64,000 bases of DNA from Chloroflexota bacterium (GCA_012522475.1 JAAYKH010000030.1:22063-86062), one strand, 5' to 3'. Shown: positions 47,790 through 58,711, numbered from the stretch's first letter. The notes: generated by a model from the sequence alone, not told the origin. Numbers and translations: made by a program.

Positions 47790-49211
47790 TCATTTTAGGA
47801 TTTCACCCTCGCTTCGCTGTAAATAACGCCCTCCACCGGGTTTGCCATACCAGTTTTCGCCATCGACGATCTTCTGTCCGCGCAGAAATACCATCACTGG
47901 AAAGCCCCTGAGCTGCCATCCTTCATACAGGTTGTGGTCCGTGCGATGGTGCGCAACCTTAACCCCATAGGTAATCTCCTTATTGGGGTCCCACAGAGCG
48001 ACATCTGCATCTGCGCCAGGGAACAAGCTACCTTTCTTTGGATAAAGTCCAAAAATTCTGGCGGGGTTGGTGCAATGCATCGCGACGAATTGGTTGGGGG
48101 TTAACCGCCCGCTGCCCACCCCTTCCGTCCACAAAATCGGCATGCGGTCAGCCACACCGGGCAGGCCATTCGGGACCTTTGTAAAATTATTCTGCCCGAG
48201 TTCTTTACCCGGAATAGCCACGGGTTGCCCTTCGTACAAAATCGGGCGGGTGCCGTCAAAGAAGAAGGGGCAGTGATCCGTGGATATTACCGAGATGATT
48301 GAGCCTGAAACGCCCTCCCACAGGCGGAGGTTATCCCCGCGCTTGCGCATGGGCGGTGAGCAAATCCATTTTGCACCATCATCGCGGCGCAAGTCATTCT
48401 CGGTGAAGAAGAGATACTGCGGGCAAGTTTCCCCCATTATTTTCAAGCCGCGTTGCCGGGCATAATCCAGCTGATCCACCTCGCCAGCCGTGTTCATATG
48501 CACCAGGTAAAGCGGTGCATCACCTGCCTGGGCTGCCAGCGCAGCAACGCGCAGGGAGGCCTCAACTGCACCCCATGCAGGCCTGGTTTTAGCGTGAAAA
48601 TAGGGTTCCGTATTACCCGCGGCCAGGGCTTCATCGATCAAAATGTCGATAATATCGCCGTTCTCCGCGTGCACCATGGTCAAAATACCTGCAGCCCGGG
48701 CCAGGCGCATTACTCGAAAGATCTCACCATCGAATAAACGCAGACGGTTATTGTATGCCGTAAACACCTTCAGGCTGGTGATCCCTAAATCAGGCAGTGA
48801 AAAAATCTCTTTAGCCACTTCCTGATCAAAGCGGGTGATATTCATGTGGAATCCATAATCTACAGAAGCTTTTGGGTCAGCCTTAGCACGCCAGCGGGTG
48901 ATATTTTCCGCCAAGGTGCCTTCATCCTGGGGCACAAAGTCGATCACGGTTGTGGTGCCGCCAAAAGCAGCTGCCTTTCCGCCAGTGTAATGATCATCTG
49001 AAGAGACGGTATCGAACATGGGCAAATCGAGATGCACATGCGGGTCAACGCCACCTGGCAGCACAAACAAATTCGTAGCATCAACCACCTCTGCATTAGG
49101 ATGGGTCAGGTCTTTTCCAATCAGGTTAATCTGCTCGCCTTCAATCACAATATCTGCGATAAAGGTTTCGCTTGCGGTGATCAGGGTGCCGTTTTTAATG
49201 ATTGTTGCCAT
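47790..49211 (-). CDS. hydA: Dihydropyrimidinase / D-hydantoinase
   Basis: PGGVDPHVHLD, AAAFGGTTT, TSLKVFTAY (carbamylated Lys), VHAENG, LVHM, CSPP, STDHCPF, NPARIFGLYPKKG. Confidence 0.93.
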   Translation of the reverse strand: MATIIKNGTLITASETFIADIVIEGEQINLIGKDLTHPNAEVVDATNLFVLPGGVDPHVHLDLPMFDTVSSDDHYTGGKAAAFGGTTTVIDFVPQDEGTLAENITRWRAKADPKASVDYGFHMNITRFDQEVAKEIFSLPDLGITSLKVFTAYNNRLRLFDGEIFRVMRLARAAGILTMVHAENGDIIDILIDEALAAGNTEPYFHAKTRPAWGAVEASLRVAALAAQAGDAPLYLVHMNTAGEVDQLDYARQRGLKIMGETCPQYLFFTENDLRRDDGAKWICSPPMRKRGDNLRLWEGVSGSIISVISTDHCPFFFDGTRPILYEGQPVAIPGKELGQNNFTKVPNGLPGVADRMPILWTEGVGSGRLTPNQFVAMHCTNPARIFGLYPKKGSLFPGADADVALWDPNKEITYGVKVAHHRTDHNLYEGWQLRGFPVMVFLRGQKIVDGENWYGKPGGGRYLQRSEGEILK

Positions 49212-49367
49212 TGCATTCGCTCCTGGTACTCATCATACAAATGGGTATAGCTATGATTTTAGCAGATTATGCCTTAAAAGAAAAAGTCGGTTCTTAAATT
49301 TGTTGAATTCGGTCAATTTAAAAACGAAATAAATTATGCGTTAATTTTTTTCATATCTTCTAATGGA

Positions 49368-49395
49368 TTGACTTAATTGCTGAATGGGGTACTAT
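49368..49395 (+). promoter_or_regulatory. Putative sigma70 promoter of the cold-shock gene
   Basis: TTGACT, 16 bp, TACTAT; implies a ~150-nt 5' leader. Confidence 0.6.
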
Positions 49396-49550
49396 CTTTA
49401 TTGTAGTTAAGTCAATTTTGGTAATCGAAGGTAAACTTCGTGAAAGGTGATAACCGTCCAGACTTGCGGAGACTGGTCGGTTTTTTGTCACCAAACCAAC
49501 AGTGGCTTACGAATTAACTGTTTTAGTAACACAAAAAGGAAATATTTGGA

Positions 49551-49760
49551 ATGTCTGAAAAAGAAATTGGAACCGTAAAATGGTTCAACGACGCAAAAGG
49601 TTATGGTTTTATCGCTCGTCAAGCAGGCGATGATGTGTTTGTACATCACACTGCCATCTTGGGAAGTGGCTTTAAATCTTTGCGTGAAGAACAACAGGTT
49701 GAATTCTCCGTAGAACAGGGCCCCAAAGGCCTGCAAGCTGTTGAAGTGCAACCCCTGTAA
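49551..49760 (+). CDS. cspA: Cold-shock protein
   Basis: [24 protein letters not shown]1/RNP2 motifs. Confidence 0.95.
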   Translation: MSEKEIGTVKWFNDAKGYGFIARQAGDDVFVHHTAILGSGFKSLREEQQVEFSVEQGPKGLQAVEVQPL

Positions 49761-49790
49761 GCCCCTAGGGCATCATTACTCAATAGAGAT

Positions 49791-49828
49791 TCCGGCCAGT
49801 TTTCCGCAACCTGGCCGGATTTGTTTTT
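49791..49828 (+). terminator. Rho-independent terminator after csp
   Basis: TCCGGCCAG-loop-CTGGCCGGA then TTTGTTTTT. Confidence 0.85.
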
Positions 49829-49836
49829 AAAATCTA

Positions 49837-50391
49837 TCAGCTGGTAATTTTTCCTAAAAGCGCCAGTATTGCCGGGTCCAGCAGTGAGGCGGGTAATTTT
49901 TGTGCCCGGTATTCATGCGCCCTGAGTGCACGCTCTCGCAGGGTGTGCCAGAGCACCTCGCGCTCATCCTGAGATTTAATCACCAGGTCGTTGATCGTCT
50001 GGGCGCCCGGGAACATCTCACCCGTGGTGTAAAAAAAGGTAATCCGCTTCCAATCCGTGGCCGGGATGGGTTTTTCCAGGCGTTGTAGGGGGCCAATTTG
50101 TAATTTAAAGTATTCTTCATCAGCTCGGGGATGGTCGGGTTCATCGCGGATCAAGTCACGCCGCCGGGTGAGTTCATGGCCGAGAAGTTCAGCCACGTAT
50201 GCAATCTGCCAGCGACCAGTATCTCCGAAAGATTTTGTTTGGTAAAAGGCCAGGTAATCAACTGAGATGACCTTGGGCGCATTTTTAAGCGGGATGCGAT
50301 ACCAACCAAACAAACGTGCGATATCAAAATCGCGTTGTGTGGGGAGGATTGCCACCAAAATTAAAGCGGTTTCGGGCAAGAGGCTGCTCAT
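49837..50391 (-). CDS. Conserved hypothetical protein, EVE/PUA-like fold candidate
   Basis: GWYRIP, YLAFYQ, IAYVAE, YFKLQIGPL...PI pattern resembles EVE-type domains. Confidence 0.5.
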   Translation of the reverse strand: MSSLLPETALILVAILPTQRDFDIARLFGWYRIPLKNAPKVISVDYLAFYQTKSFGDTGRWQIAYVAELLGHELTRRRDLIRDEPDHPRADEEYFKLQIGPLQRLEKPIPATDWKRITFFYTTGEMFPGAQTINDLVIKSQDEREVLWHTLRERALRAHEYRAQKLPASLLDPAILALLGKITS

Positions 50392-50761
50392 GGATCTCCC
50401 TGTGTTTTTTATCAGTATGCGAATTTTATCATAAAAGATGTGTGAGAGGCGAATGGCACTTAAGTAATTAATGCCATTTAAGCCATTGAATGATAAATAG
50501 TTTTTACAAAGCTGGATCTATGCTGTTTAACGAATCAAAGATCAGTTTTTTCGCCAAACACAGAATGAATTGCATTTCGACAATTAAAATTAGCGGTGCC
50601 ATCGTTCGGAACAGTGGAAATGGGTAATTATCAGCACAACAGGGTGTGCCTTTTACTTTGACACACCCTGGTACCCAGTTTATCGTTATAAATTAAGTGA
50701 TTAAACAGCCCCTAAGGGGAACCCAAATTACATATTATCCACCGCTAAGCATTCTCCAATG

Positions 50762-52228
50762 CTAGAGCAGCCCGACCAGGTCATTAAATTCCATGATCTT
50801 GGCATCCACCTCGGGGATTTGTTCCTGAAGCTCGGTCCAAAAATCACGGTCATACCACATTTCCTGGATCTCTTCAAAGGTCTTACCCTGCTGCTCAACC
50901 CAGGTGTAGTACTTCAGGTTGTGAACGCATTTCTTACCCAGGTAGGTTAACTCTTCCATGTTGTCTGTGGTGACGCTTTTCAACCAGCGGGCGTCATCGA
51001 TGGCAGCCTGCCTTTCAGAGTATGGGCCCATTTCATCGTGCAGTTCAGCCAGGCGGCTTTCATAAAGCTCCATACTGTCGGTCAACATCGTTACAACAAT
51101 ATCGTTTTCCGTCAGCTCCAGGTATTTCGCCATTTTAATCGCGCTCAGCAGATTTAATATGCTCAATAAACCCAGTAAATCGAGGTTTTCAACCAAATCT
51201 TCCGGCACCCCGACATCGACCAGATAAGCCTTCCCTTCGGGCTCGTTAAACAAGCGCGCCAGGTTGACAATCGCATTATCGTCTTCTGCGACGATGAAAT
51301 CCGTGTTGGCTACGTTATAAATCCAGGGAACGTGCTTGTCGCCAATGCCCTCAACGCGATGCGCACCAAAGCCATTATTCAGCAGCGTTGGGCATTGCAG
51401 GGCTTCAACCGCGGCAATGAAACTGGACGGGTAAAGCTGCTTCATGTAATCGCCGCTGGCGATCGTGCCTGCTGAACCGGTGGCTGAAACCATGCCCCGA
51501 TACACATTGTTTGGTCCAGCAATTTTATTAACCAGCTCTTCCATGGCATGGCCGGTTATGTCGTAATGCCACTGATAATTGCCAAACTCATCAAACTGGT
51601 TGAAGATCATCACATCCTGGCCCGAATTGCGCAATTCCCAGGTTTTATCGAAGATTTCCTTTACATTGGATTCAGATCCAGGGGTCCTGATGACTTCACC
51701 AGCGATATTCTTCAGCCACTCAAAACGCTCCTGGCTCATCTCCTCGGGCAAAATCGCAATCGATTCGCAAGCCAGCAATGCTGAATCGTACGCACCGCCA
51801 CGACAATAATTGCCCGTGGAAGGCCAGACGGCTTTTTGCTGGGTGGGGTCAAATTGTCCCGTTACCAAACGCGGCGCCAAACAAGCGTAGGCGGCGCCAA
51901 CTTTATGAGAACCGGTTGGGAACCACTTGCCCACCAGCGCCACAATTCGGGCAGGCGTACCGGTCAGGCTTTCGGGGAATTCTAAGTAATTCACCCCGCC
52001 AAATAAACCCCCACTGGATACGGGCTCATTATGCCAAGTGATACGAAATAGGTTTCGAGGGTGCAGATCCCACAAACCAATCCCTTTTAGTTCATCTTTG
52101 ATCTTATCTGGCACCTGGCTCGGGTTTCGCATTTGTTCAAAAGTGGGAAAGATGATATTTTGCTGGCGAACCCGTTGAACAGTTTGCTCAAGTCGACCCG
52201 GATACATGGTTAAATCTACTTTTGTCAT
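50762..52228 (-). CDS. Fold-type II PLP-dependent enzyme (cysteine synthase-like, long form)
   Basis: FPTGSHKVGAA (PLP Lys), WPSTGNYCRGG, NQF, SATGSAGT, HRVEGIG. Confidence 0.85.
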   Translation of the reverse strand: MTKVDLTMYPGRLEQTVQRVRQQNIIFPTFEQMRNPSQVPDKIKDELKGIGLWDLHPRNLFRITWHNEPVSSGGLFGGVNYLEFPESLTGTPARIVALVGKWFPTGSHKVGAAYACLAPRLVTGQFDPTQQKAVWPSTGNYCRGGAYDSALLACESIAILPEEMSQERFEWLKNIAGEVIRTPGSESNVKEIFDKTWELRNSGQDVMIFNQFDEFGNYQWHYDITGHAMEELVNKIAGPNNVYRGMVSATGSAGTIASGDYMKQLYPSSFIAAVEALQCPTLLNNGFGAHRVEGIGDKHVPWIYNVANTDFIVAEDDNAIVNLARLFNEPEGKAYLVDVGVPEDLVENLDLLGLLSILNLLSAIKMAKYLELTENDIVVTMLTDSMELYESRLAELHDEMGPYSERQAAIDDARWLKSVTTDNMEELTYLGKKCVHNLKYYTWVEQQGKTFEEIQEMWYDRDFWTELQEQIPEVDAKIMEFNDLVGLL

Positions 52229-52308
52229 TCAGCCTCTCCTTGTTAATTGATCTAATAAGCATGCATCTCATAATTCCAACCGTGATGGATGGAATTAAAA
52301 ACTCACTT

Positions 52309-53259
52309 TTATTCTTTGCTGTCTGGTAGATCTTCAGGCGCTTCTGCTACAATGTACAACGGCCGGTTCTTAGCCTCGTCATAAATTCGCCCGATATATT
52401 CGCCAATGAAGCCCAAGCTGATCAACTGCACCCCGCCCAAAAACAGCACCATGACCACCGTCGTCGCCTGCCCTAGGAGGGCTGTGCCGGTGAGCAAACG
52501 CAGGGTAGCTACCACGGGAATCGCCAGAACGCTCAACCCTGCTGCAATAAAACCGATATAAGTAGCCATCTGAAGGGGAAAGTAAGAGAAGCCAGTAACG
52601 GCATTCAAAGCCAGTTTGAGCATCTTTTTGAAAGGATATTTGGTTTCACCGGCAACCCGCGATTGCCTTTTATAGCTAACCCCTACCTGTCTGAAGCCCA
52701 CCCAAGCTGACATTCCACGCAGGAAGCGGTGCTTTTCGCGCATTTGCTGCATCACCTGCACCACTTTTCGATCCATCAAGCGGAAATCGCCGGTATCTAA
52801 GGGGATTTCCACATCCGTGATGCGGTAGATGAGCCGATAAAACAACGCGGCTGTAGTGCTTTTGAACCAGGTTTCGCCTTCGCGCTCTTCGCGCACGGCA
52901 TATACAACCTCGTAACCTTCGCGCCATTTGGCAATTAAATCAAGAATCACCTCCGGCGGGTCTTGCAAATCGGCGTCGATAATGATCACCGCGTCACCGC
53001 GACAGTAATCGATACCGGCGGAGACCGCAATTTGGTGCCCAAAATTTCGAGCGAAGATCACCGGACGCACCCGCGGGTCGTTCTCGGCCAGTTTCCGCAT
53101 CAGCTCGGTAGAGCCATCTGTGGAACCATCATCGATCAGGATTAACTCCCAGGGTTCGCCAGTACTTTCCATAACACTCTTAACTCGCTGATACAGTTCA
53201 GGAATACTTTCCAGCTCGTTAAAAATGGGTGCAATAACAGTAAAGGTCGGCATGGTCAT
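52309..53259 (-). CDS. GT2 polyprenyl-phosphate glycosyltransferase (GtrB/YkoT-like)
   Basis: [39 protein letters not shown]; two C-terminal TM helices. Confidence 0.93.
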   Translation of the reverse strand: MTMPTFTVIAPIFNELESIPELYQRVKSVMESTGEPWELILIDDGSTDGSTELMRKLAENDPRVRPVIFARNFGHQIAVSAGIDYCRGDAVIIIDADLQDPPEVILDLIAKWREGYEVVYAVREEREGETWFKSTTAALFYRLIYRITDVEIPLDTGDFRLMDRKVVQVMQQMREKHRFLRGMSAWVGFRQVGVSYKRQSRVAGETKYPFKKMLKLALNAVTGFSYFPLQMATYIGFIAAGLSVLAIPVVATLRLLTGTALLGQATTVVMVLFLGGVQLISLGFIGEYIGRIYDEAKNRPLYIVAEAPEDLPDSKE

Positions 53260-54503
53260 CTAAGCTCCTTTATGACTGCTTCAAGGGTTGGTTCAATGAT
53301 AGGCGCGGTAGGGACAGCCCGCATAACAGCGTTAACGTCTTTAAGTCCGCTGCCGGTATTAAGCACCAAGACTGGCTCATCGGGTTCAACAATTTTTTCA
53401 GCAACCGCTTTGACCAGGCCGGCATAAGCAGTTGACGCAGCGGGTTCGGCAAAGATACCAACTCGGCCCAGTTCAGCAATAGCCCCCAGAATAGCTTCAT
53501 CGGGAACAGTCAGGTAGGTACCGCCAGTTTCACACGCTGCTCGCACCGCCCGCACCCCGTCGCGCGGCAGGTCTACAGAGATGCTGTCCGCCAGGGTCGT
53601 CGAGCGGACAGCGCGAATCTCTTCATCGCCGCGCTGAAAAGCATTGGCGATGGCCGCTGAACCTGTAGATTGTACACCAATGATGCGCGGCATTCTTGCC
53701 ATCCAGCCCAGGGCCATCAGGTCTTTAAATCCCTTGTGTATGCCAGAAATGATATTGCCATCTCCTACGGGAATAAAGACAGCCAGGTTTTTACTATCCG
53801 CAGGCAAACGGCACATAACTTGTTCCCAAATTTCAAAGGCGGCGGTTTTTTTACCTTCAGCTGTGAAGGGATTAAACCCGGTATTGCGATTATACCAGCT
53901 CAGGGCTTGCGTTACTTCGATGCTCAAATCAAAAGCCTGGTCGTAATTCCCATCCACCAGCAAAACCCGGGCGCCAAAGCCAATCAACTGTGCAATTTTA
54001 GCGGGTGGGGCAGTTTTCGGGGCAAAAATAACCGCTTTTGTTCCTGACGCGGCTGCCATGCCTGCCAATGCTGAACCGGCATTGCCGGTTGAGGCAGCCA
54101 CGATAACCTCGGCGCCAATTTCAGCAGCGCGGGCCACCACAATGGCACTGGCCCGGTCTTTGAAGGAGGCGGTGGGGTTCGGGCTCTCGTCTTTAATCCA
54201 CAAACGTTGCAATCCCAGTTGTTGTGCCAGGCGAGCGGGCTTATAGACAGGTGTCCATCCAACCCGACGCAAGGGCGTTCCCAGGTTTCCCGGATCGCTC
54301 ACGGGTAATACATTTAAATAACGCCACAGCGATGCCTCTGGCAGATGCATGAAATTCTGAGTATTGTATTGGGCATTAATGGCTTTGTAATCAAGAATAA
54401 CATTCAGGTTCCCGCCATCCTTAGGGCAAGTGTAGGTCACCGCTTCAGGTTCATACTCAGCTCCGCATAAGGAACAGGTGAAATGTGAAAATTTATGTTT
54501 CAT
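53256..54503 (-). CDS. Threonine synthase-like fold-type II PLP enzyme
   Basis: N-terminal Zn ribbon CSLC..CPKD; GWTP; [14 protein letters not shown]; ASTGNAG; PVGDGN; EPAAS; NTGSGLK. Start trimmed to MKHKF. Confidence 0.88.
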   Translation of the reverse strand: MKHKFSHFTCSLCGAEYEPEAVTYTCPKDGGNLNVILDYKAINAQYNTQNFMHLPEASLWRYLNVLPVSDPGNLGTPLRRVGWTPVYKPARLAQQLGLQRLWIKDESPNPTASFKDRASAIVVARAAEIGAEVIVAASTGNAGSALAGMAAASGTKAVIFAPKTAPPAKIAQLIGFGARVLLVDGNYDQAFDLSIEVTQALSWYNRNTGFNPFTAEGKKTAAFEIWEQVMCRLPADSKNLAVFIPVGDGNIISGIHKGFKDLMALGWMARMPRIIGVQSTGSAAIANAFQRGDEEIRAVRSTTLADSISVDLPRDGVRAVRAACETGGTYLTVPDEAILGAIAELGRVGIFAEPAASTAYAGLVKAVAEKIVEPDEPVLVLNTGSGLKDVNAVMRAVPTAPIIEPTLEAVIKELR

Positions 54504-54583
54504 TGGGTTCCCGGTTGTTATCTTTCGTTTCAATATAAGCTGCATGAGCTGTCACCGTAAAGTGACAACCCATGAATACGCCT

Positions 54584-55531
54584 TTAAGGAACAATCCATG
54601 TGCCAGTCTTGCCTTCAAGGGCATCGCTGATGTGTTTCGGATCAGTGATCAGGGCTTTCTTGCCGCCCTCTTCAAAGTATTTGATGACCGCCTGAATTTT
54701 CGGCAGCATACTACCCGAAGCAAAATGCCCGGCTTCAATATACTGTTTGGCCTCCCCAACGGTCATCCTATCCAGGAAAACCTGGTTTGGCTGATTGTAA
54801 TGTAAGGCAACTTTTTCTACAGCAGTGCTGATGATAAATAAATCTGCTTTGATATGAGACGCGATAATGGCTGCACTGAAGTCTTTGTCGATGACGGCTT
54901 CAATCCCCCTGATATAGCCGGCTTCGTCTTCAATGACGGGGATACCGCCACCGCCCACAGCAACCACAATGGTACCGGCGTGGATGAGTATGTCAATCAC
55001 GTTGGCTTCAACAATATGGGTTGGAAGTGGCGATGGCACCACCCGACGCCATCCACGGCCAGCATCTTCCACAACAGCCCAGCCTTCATTCCCAACCCGC
55101 CGTTTAGCTTCATCTTCATCCATAAAGGAGCCAATGGGCTTGGTGGGGTTCTGAAAGGCCGGGTCATTTCGATTGACAATCGTTTGAGTCACCACCGTTG
55201 CCACATCTTTTACCATGCCGCGTCGTTTAAATTCATTGTAAAGCGCGTTTTCGAACATATACCCAATCGCACCCTGGGTATCTGCGCCGCAGTAATCCAG
55301 TGGGACTTCATGCAGTTCGTGTGCAGCGAGCTCCGAGCGGCGCAAAATGAATCCGACCTGGGGACCATTACCATGTGTTACAACCACATCCCATCCCTTT
55401 TGAATCATGTCTACAATGTGTGTCATCGTGTCATTAGCAGCATTGTACTGATCCTGAACGGATTGATGGCTTTTATCTTTGATTAATGCATTGCCACCCA
55501 CGGCGATAACAGCAATACCTTGTCTTTCCAT
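54584..55531 (-). CDS. arcC: Carbamate kinase (YqeA/ArcC)
   Basis: AVGGNAL, THGNGPQVG, PTKPIG, GWRRVVPSP, GGGGIPV, EAVIDKD, GSMLPK. Confidence 0.95.
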   Translation of the reverse strand: MERQGIAVIAVGGNALIKDKSHQSVQDQYNAANDTMTHIVDMIQKGWDVVVTHGNGPQVGFILRRSELAAHELHEVPLDYCGADTQGAIGYMFENALYNEFKRRGMVKDVATVVTQTIVNRNDPAFQNPTKPIGSFMDEDEAKRRVGNEGWAVVEDAGRGWRRVVPSPLPTHIVEANVIDILIHAGTIVVAVGGGGIPVIEDEAGYIRGIEAVIDKDFSAAIIASHIKADLFIISTAVEKVALHYNQPNQVFLDRMTVGEAKQYIEAGHFASGSMLPKIQAVIKYFEEGGKKALITDPKHISDALEGKTGTWIVP

Positions 55532-55567
55532 ATGATGTTGTGTTCCTGTTCAATAATATTTTTTAAT

Positions 55568-56548
55568 TTAAGCCATCGTCAGAGCCATGACAGCTTTTTG
55601 CGCGTGCAGCCGGTTCTCTGCTTCGTCGAAGACCACAGACTGCGGCCCATACAGAACGCCATCCGTCACCTCGATATCGCGGTCGGCAGGCAAGGGATGC
55701 ATGTAAATGGCATCATCTTTAGCCAGGGCCATTTTCCGCTCATCAGTAATCCAGCTCTCATATTTGTTCGTCACCCGGGTAATTTCATCAGGGTCAGTGA
55801 CTTTCACCAGAGGACCCCAGGATTTAGCGTAAACTATATCTGCGTCTTTAAAACCCTCTTCCATGCTGTCGACAACATCAAAGCCGGTCTTGTACTTGCG
55901 GGCCTGTTCGAGTGCTTGGTCCATAATTTCAGGCATCAATTCAAACTCTGGTGGGTGAGCCAAAACTACATCCAAACCAAAACGGGGCATCTGCAGAATG
56001 AGGGATTGCGGAACAGAAATGGGTTTGGAGTATGAAGACGCGTACGCCCAGGAAACAACGATCTTCTTGCCACGCAAATTGCGGCCTTTCTTTTCCCAGA
56101 TGGTCATCAGGTCTGCTAAACACTGCGGGGGATGGTAGACATCACATTGCATGCTCAACAAGGGAACCCGTGCAGCTTCTGCCACCTGGTTGAGGTACTG
56201 GTTGCCAACGCCCCAATCGCAGTGACGAATCGCAATGCCGTCAAAAAAACGACCGAGGATCTCGCCAATCTCTCTCTCGGTATCGCCATGGGAGATTTGA
56301 GTGGTCTGCGATTCAATAAAAGCAGCATGGCCACCCAGTTGCGCCATACCCGCCTCGAAACTGCAGCGAGTGCGCGTGCTGGAAAAAAAGAACAATAAGC
56401 CTAGAACCTTATCGCGCAGATAAGCATGCGGTTGACCAAGAGCACGCTTCATCTTCAGGTCAAAAGCAACATCTAAAACAGTTTCGACTTCTTCTTTACT
56501 GAAGTCAAGGTCGCTGATTAAATCTCGTCCACGTAAGTTTGTGATCAT
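55568..56548 (-). CDS. ygeW: YgeW-type carbamoyltransferase
   Basis: SSTRTR, HPPQCLAD, WAYASSYSKPISVPQS (YgeW-type loop), YAKSW, MHPLP (not HCLP). Confidence 0.75.
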   Translation of the reverse strand: MITNLRGRDLISDLDFSKEEVETVLDVAFDLKMKRALGQPHAYLRDKVLGLLFFFSSTRTRCSFEAGMAQLGGHAAFIESQTTQISHGDTEREIGEILGRFFDGIAIRHCDWGVGNQYLNQVAEAARVPLLSMQCDVYHPPQCLADLMTIWEKKGRNLRGKKIVVSWAYASSYSKPISVPQSLILQMPRFGLDVVLAHPPEFELMPEIMDQALEQARKYKTGFDVVDSMEEGFKDADIVYAKSWGPLVKVTDPDEITRVTNKYESWITDERKMALAKDDAIYMHPLPADRDIEVTDGVLYGPQSVVFDEAENRLHAQKAVMALTMA

Positions 56549-56609
56549 TTAGGTCTCCTTATTATTTTAGTAAAATTCTCATAATCGTTTTTGAACTAAG
56601 TGTTGATTA

Positions 56610-57342
56610 TCAGGTCTGAAAATTGCCAATTTTTCTGACAACGCATAACTTGAAATATCCGGGAAGAAAATAGCTGTATGAGAAATCGACCGGGATACGC
56701 TCGGTATTAAACAGCACACCAGAAAGGAGCAGCAAAGTATCGCCCCGTCTAACGTCCAGCGCTTTGGCAATTTCTGGGGGCGCGTGGATTGCGCTGATTT
56801 CCGTCCTCGATTCCGACAGGCCCGGATTCAAAACCTGGTTTAACAAGTCCAGTATCGATCCCGTGAACTGCTCTTCGATTATCTCAAGCGCAATGACATG
56901 TTCCGGGAGGATATCGATCAAATACGCCACAGGCACACTTTCAGCCCTGATCACACGGTTAACCTTATAAATAGGTGCGGCCAACCTCAATTTGGAGTTT
57001 TTCGGCGTGAATCTCATCGGCACTCGATCGGGTGATATCTAAAGCGCCCATGGTCACATCAAGACCAATTTTCTTGGCCAGTGTTTCAATGCTTTCTAAT
57101 GCTTCAAGCCCGGTTTCAAAAATATGGGTCGGCTTAACAACAAAGGTTCCTAAACCCTGCCTGCGTCTTAGAAACCCCTGGCTTTCAAAGGTTCGCATCA
57201 CTTCGCGCAAAGTGGCCCGTGATACGCCTAAGTCGGCAGCAAGTTGGGGTTCTGAGGGCAGTTTCGTCCCTTTAGGAGCGTTTTCAATAATTTCCCTCAG
57301 GTCGTTTTGCAATCGGTGATATGTCGAAAGATCTGAATTCAT
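56610..57342 (-). pseudogene. GntR/HutC-type regulator (wHTH + UTRA) split by a one-base frameshift near 56980
   Basis: KLPSEPQLAADLGVSRATLRE HTH in one frame and UTRA (APIYKVNRV...PVAYLID) in another. Deleting one G at 56979-80 restores EVG-APIYK. Confidence 0.85.
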
Positions 57343-57414
57343 ATTTTTGTGCAGCAGCAATTTAAAAACAATGGTCTTTCAGTGGTTTTGCTAAGCCATC
57401 CTTAACTATTTAGA

Positions 57415-58632
57415 TTATTGTGATTTTTCATTAATCAAATGGCTGATCAGGGCATAAAATTCAGTGGCCTTGACCACATCATCCAAATTCACACTATCCA
57501 TATTGGTGTGGGCAGTTTCTTCATCGCCAGGCCCAAAGCCAATCGATGGAATTCCGGCTTTCCCAGCCCAATAGATGCCATTGGTGGAAAAATTCCATTT
57601 GTCTGCGGGAGCATCCTCTAACCCAATCAAGGTGCGAGTTTCAAGGCCCGCTTGAACAAGATAATGATCTTCGTCTAAAGCCCAAGCAGGGAAGTATTTA
57701 TCAACCGGGAACACAAAACCTGTATAGGATGGTTCATCGTAAAAGAGTTCTTCAAGCGCGATCGCGTCGGAAAGTTCTAGGGGTATCAACGCCTGGATTT
57801 GGGCATAAGCTTCTTCTTTTGTTTCGCCGAAGGTTAATCGTCGGTCGATATAGATCACCGCTTCATCGGGAACGGCATTGATGGACGGTGTTTTAACAAC
57901 CATATCCGATACGGTAATTTTTCCATGTCCCAAAAATTCGTCATCCCCTAATTCAGGTTCAAGGTCTCGGATGCCCGCAATGATGGGCAACAATTGGTAA
58001 ATCGCGTTGACCCCCAGGTGGTTCGAAGCGGCATGTGCCGAACGACCTTTAGAGGTGATCTTTAACTCAACCCGGCCTTTATGCCCACGGTAAACCAGCA
58101 TTTTGGTGGGTTCCCCGATGATAGCATAATCTGGTTTCACACCGGGGTCTACTTCCACAAAGGTGTTCGGGGCAATTCCATCACACCATTCTTCCATGTT
58201 GCCAAAGTAATAAGCAGTCCAGCCATCCAATAATCCTAAATCTCGGGCAATGGCCATGCCGTAAACCATACCCGGTGTAGACCCCTTCTCATCACAAGCG
58301 CCGCGGGCAAAAAGAACCCCATCTTCGACTTTTCCGACAAATGGATCCCATCCCCATGATTCAGGGTCGCCAATTCCAACCGTATCGATATGTGAATCAA
58401 ACACGATTACGCGTTCGCCATCCCCAATGCGCCCCAGGATATTGCCCATCTTATCAAAACGGACTTCATCGAATTTTAATCTCCTCATTTCCTCGGCAAT
58501 GCGTTCGCCGACCGGGCCAATCTGAGATTCCATGCTGGGAATAGCAACGATGTCCCTTAGAAACTGGAGGATTTCCGCCCGTTGCTCTTCGACCTTACTT
58601 TGGATTTTACTGACAATTGTCGAGTCAACCAT
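57415..58632 (-). CDS. ygeY: YgeY family M20 hydrolase
   Basis: FDSHIDTVG, GRG-like ARGACDEKG, MEEWCDG, GEPT..VYRGHKGR, FSTNG, GFGPGDE. Confidence 0.88.
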   Translation of the reverse strand: MVDSTIVSKIQSKVEEQRAEILQFLRDIVAIPSMESQIGPVGERIAEEMRRLKFDEVRFDKMGNILGRIGDGERVIVFDSHIDTVGIGDPESWGWDPFVGKVEDGVLFARGACDEKGSTPGMVYGMAIARDLGLLDGWTAYYFGNMEEWCDGIAPNTFVEVDPGVKPDYAIIGEPTKMLVYRGHKGRVELKITSKGRSAHAASNHLGVNAIYQLLPIIAGIRDLEPELGDDEFLGHGKITVSDMVVKTPSINAVPDEAVIYIDRRLTFGETKEEAYAQIQALIPLELSDAIALEELFYDEPSYTGFVFPVDKYFPAWALDEDHYLVQAGLETRTLIGLEDAPADKWNFSTNGIYWAGKAGIPSIGFGPGDEETAHTNMDSVNLDDVVKATEFYALISHLINEKSQ

Positions 58633-58711
58633 TTTAACTATTTCTCCTTTATAGTTTTTTATTTTACAAAACAGGAACCCTATATTAACAAGTCATCATA
58701 CAAATGCTCGA

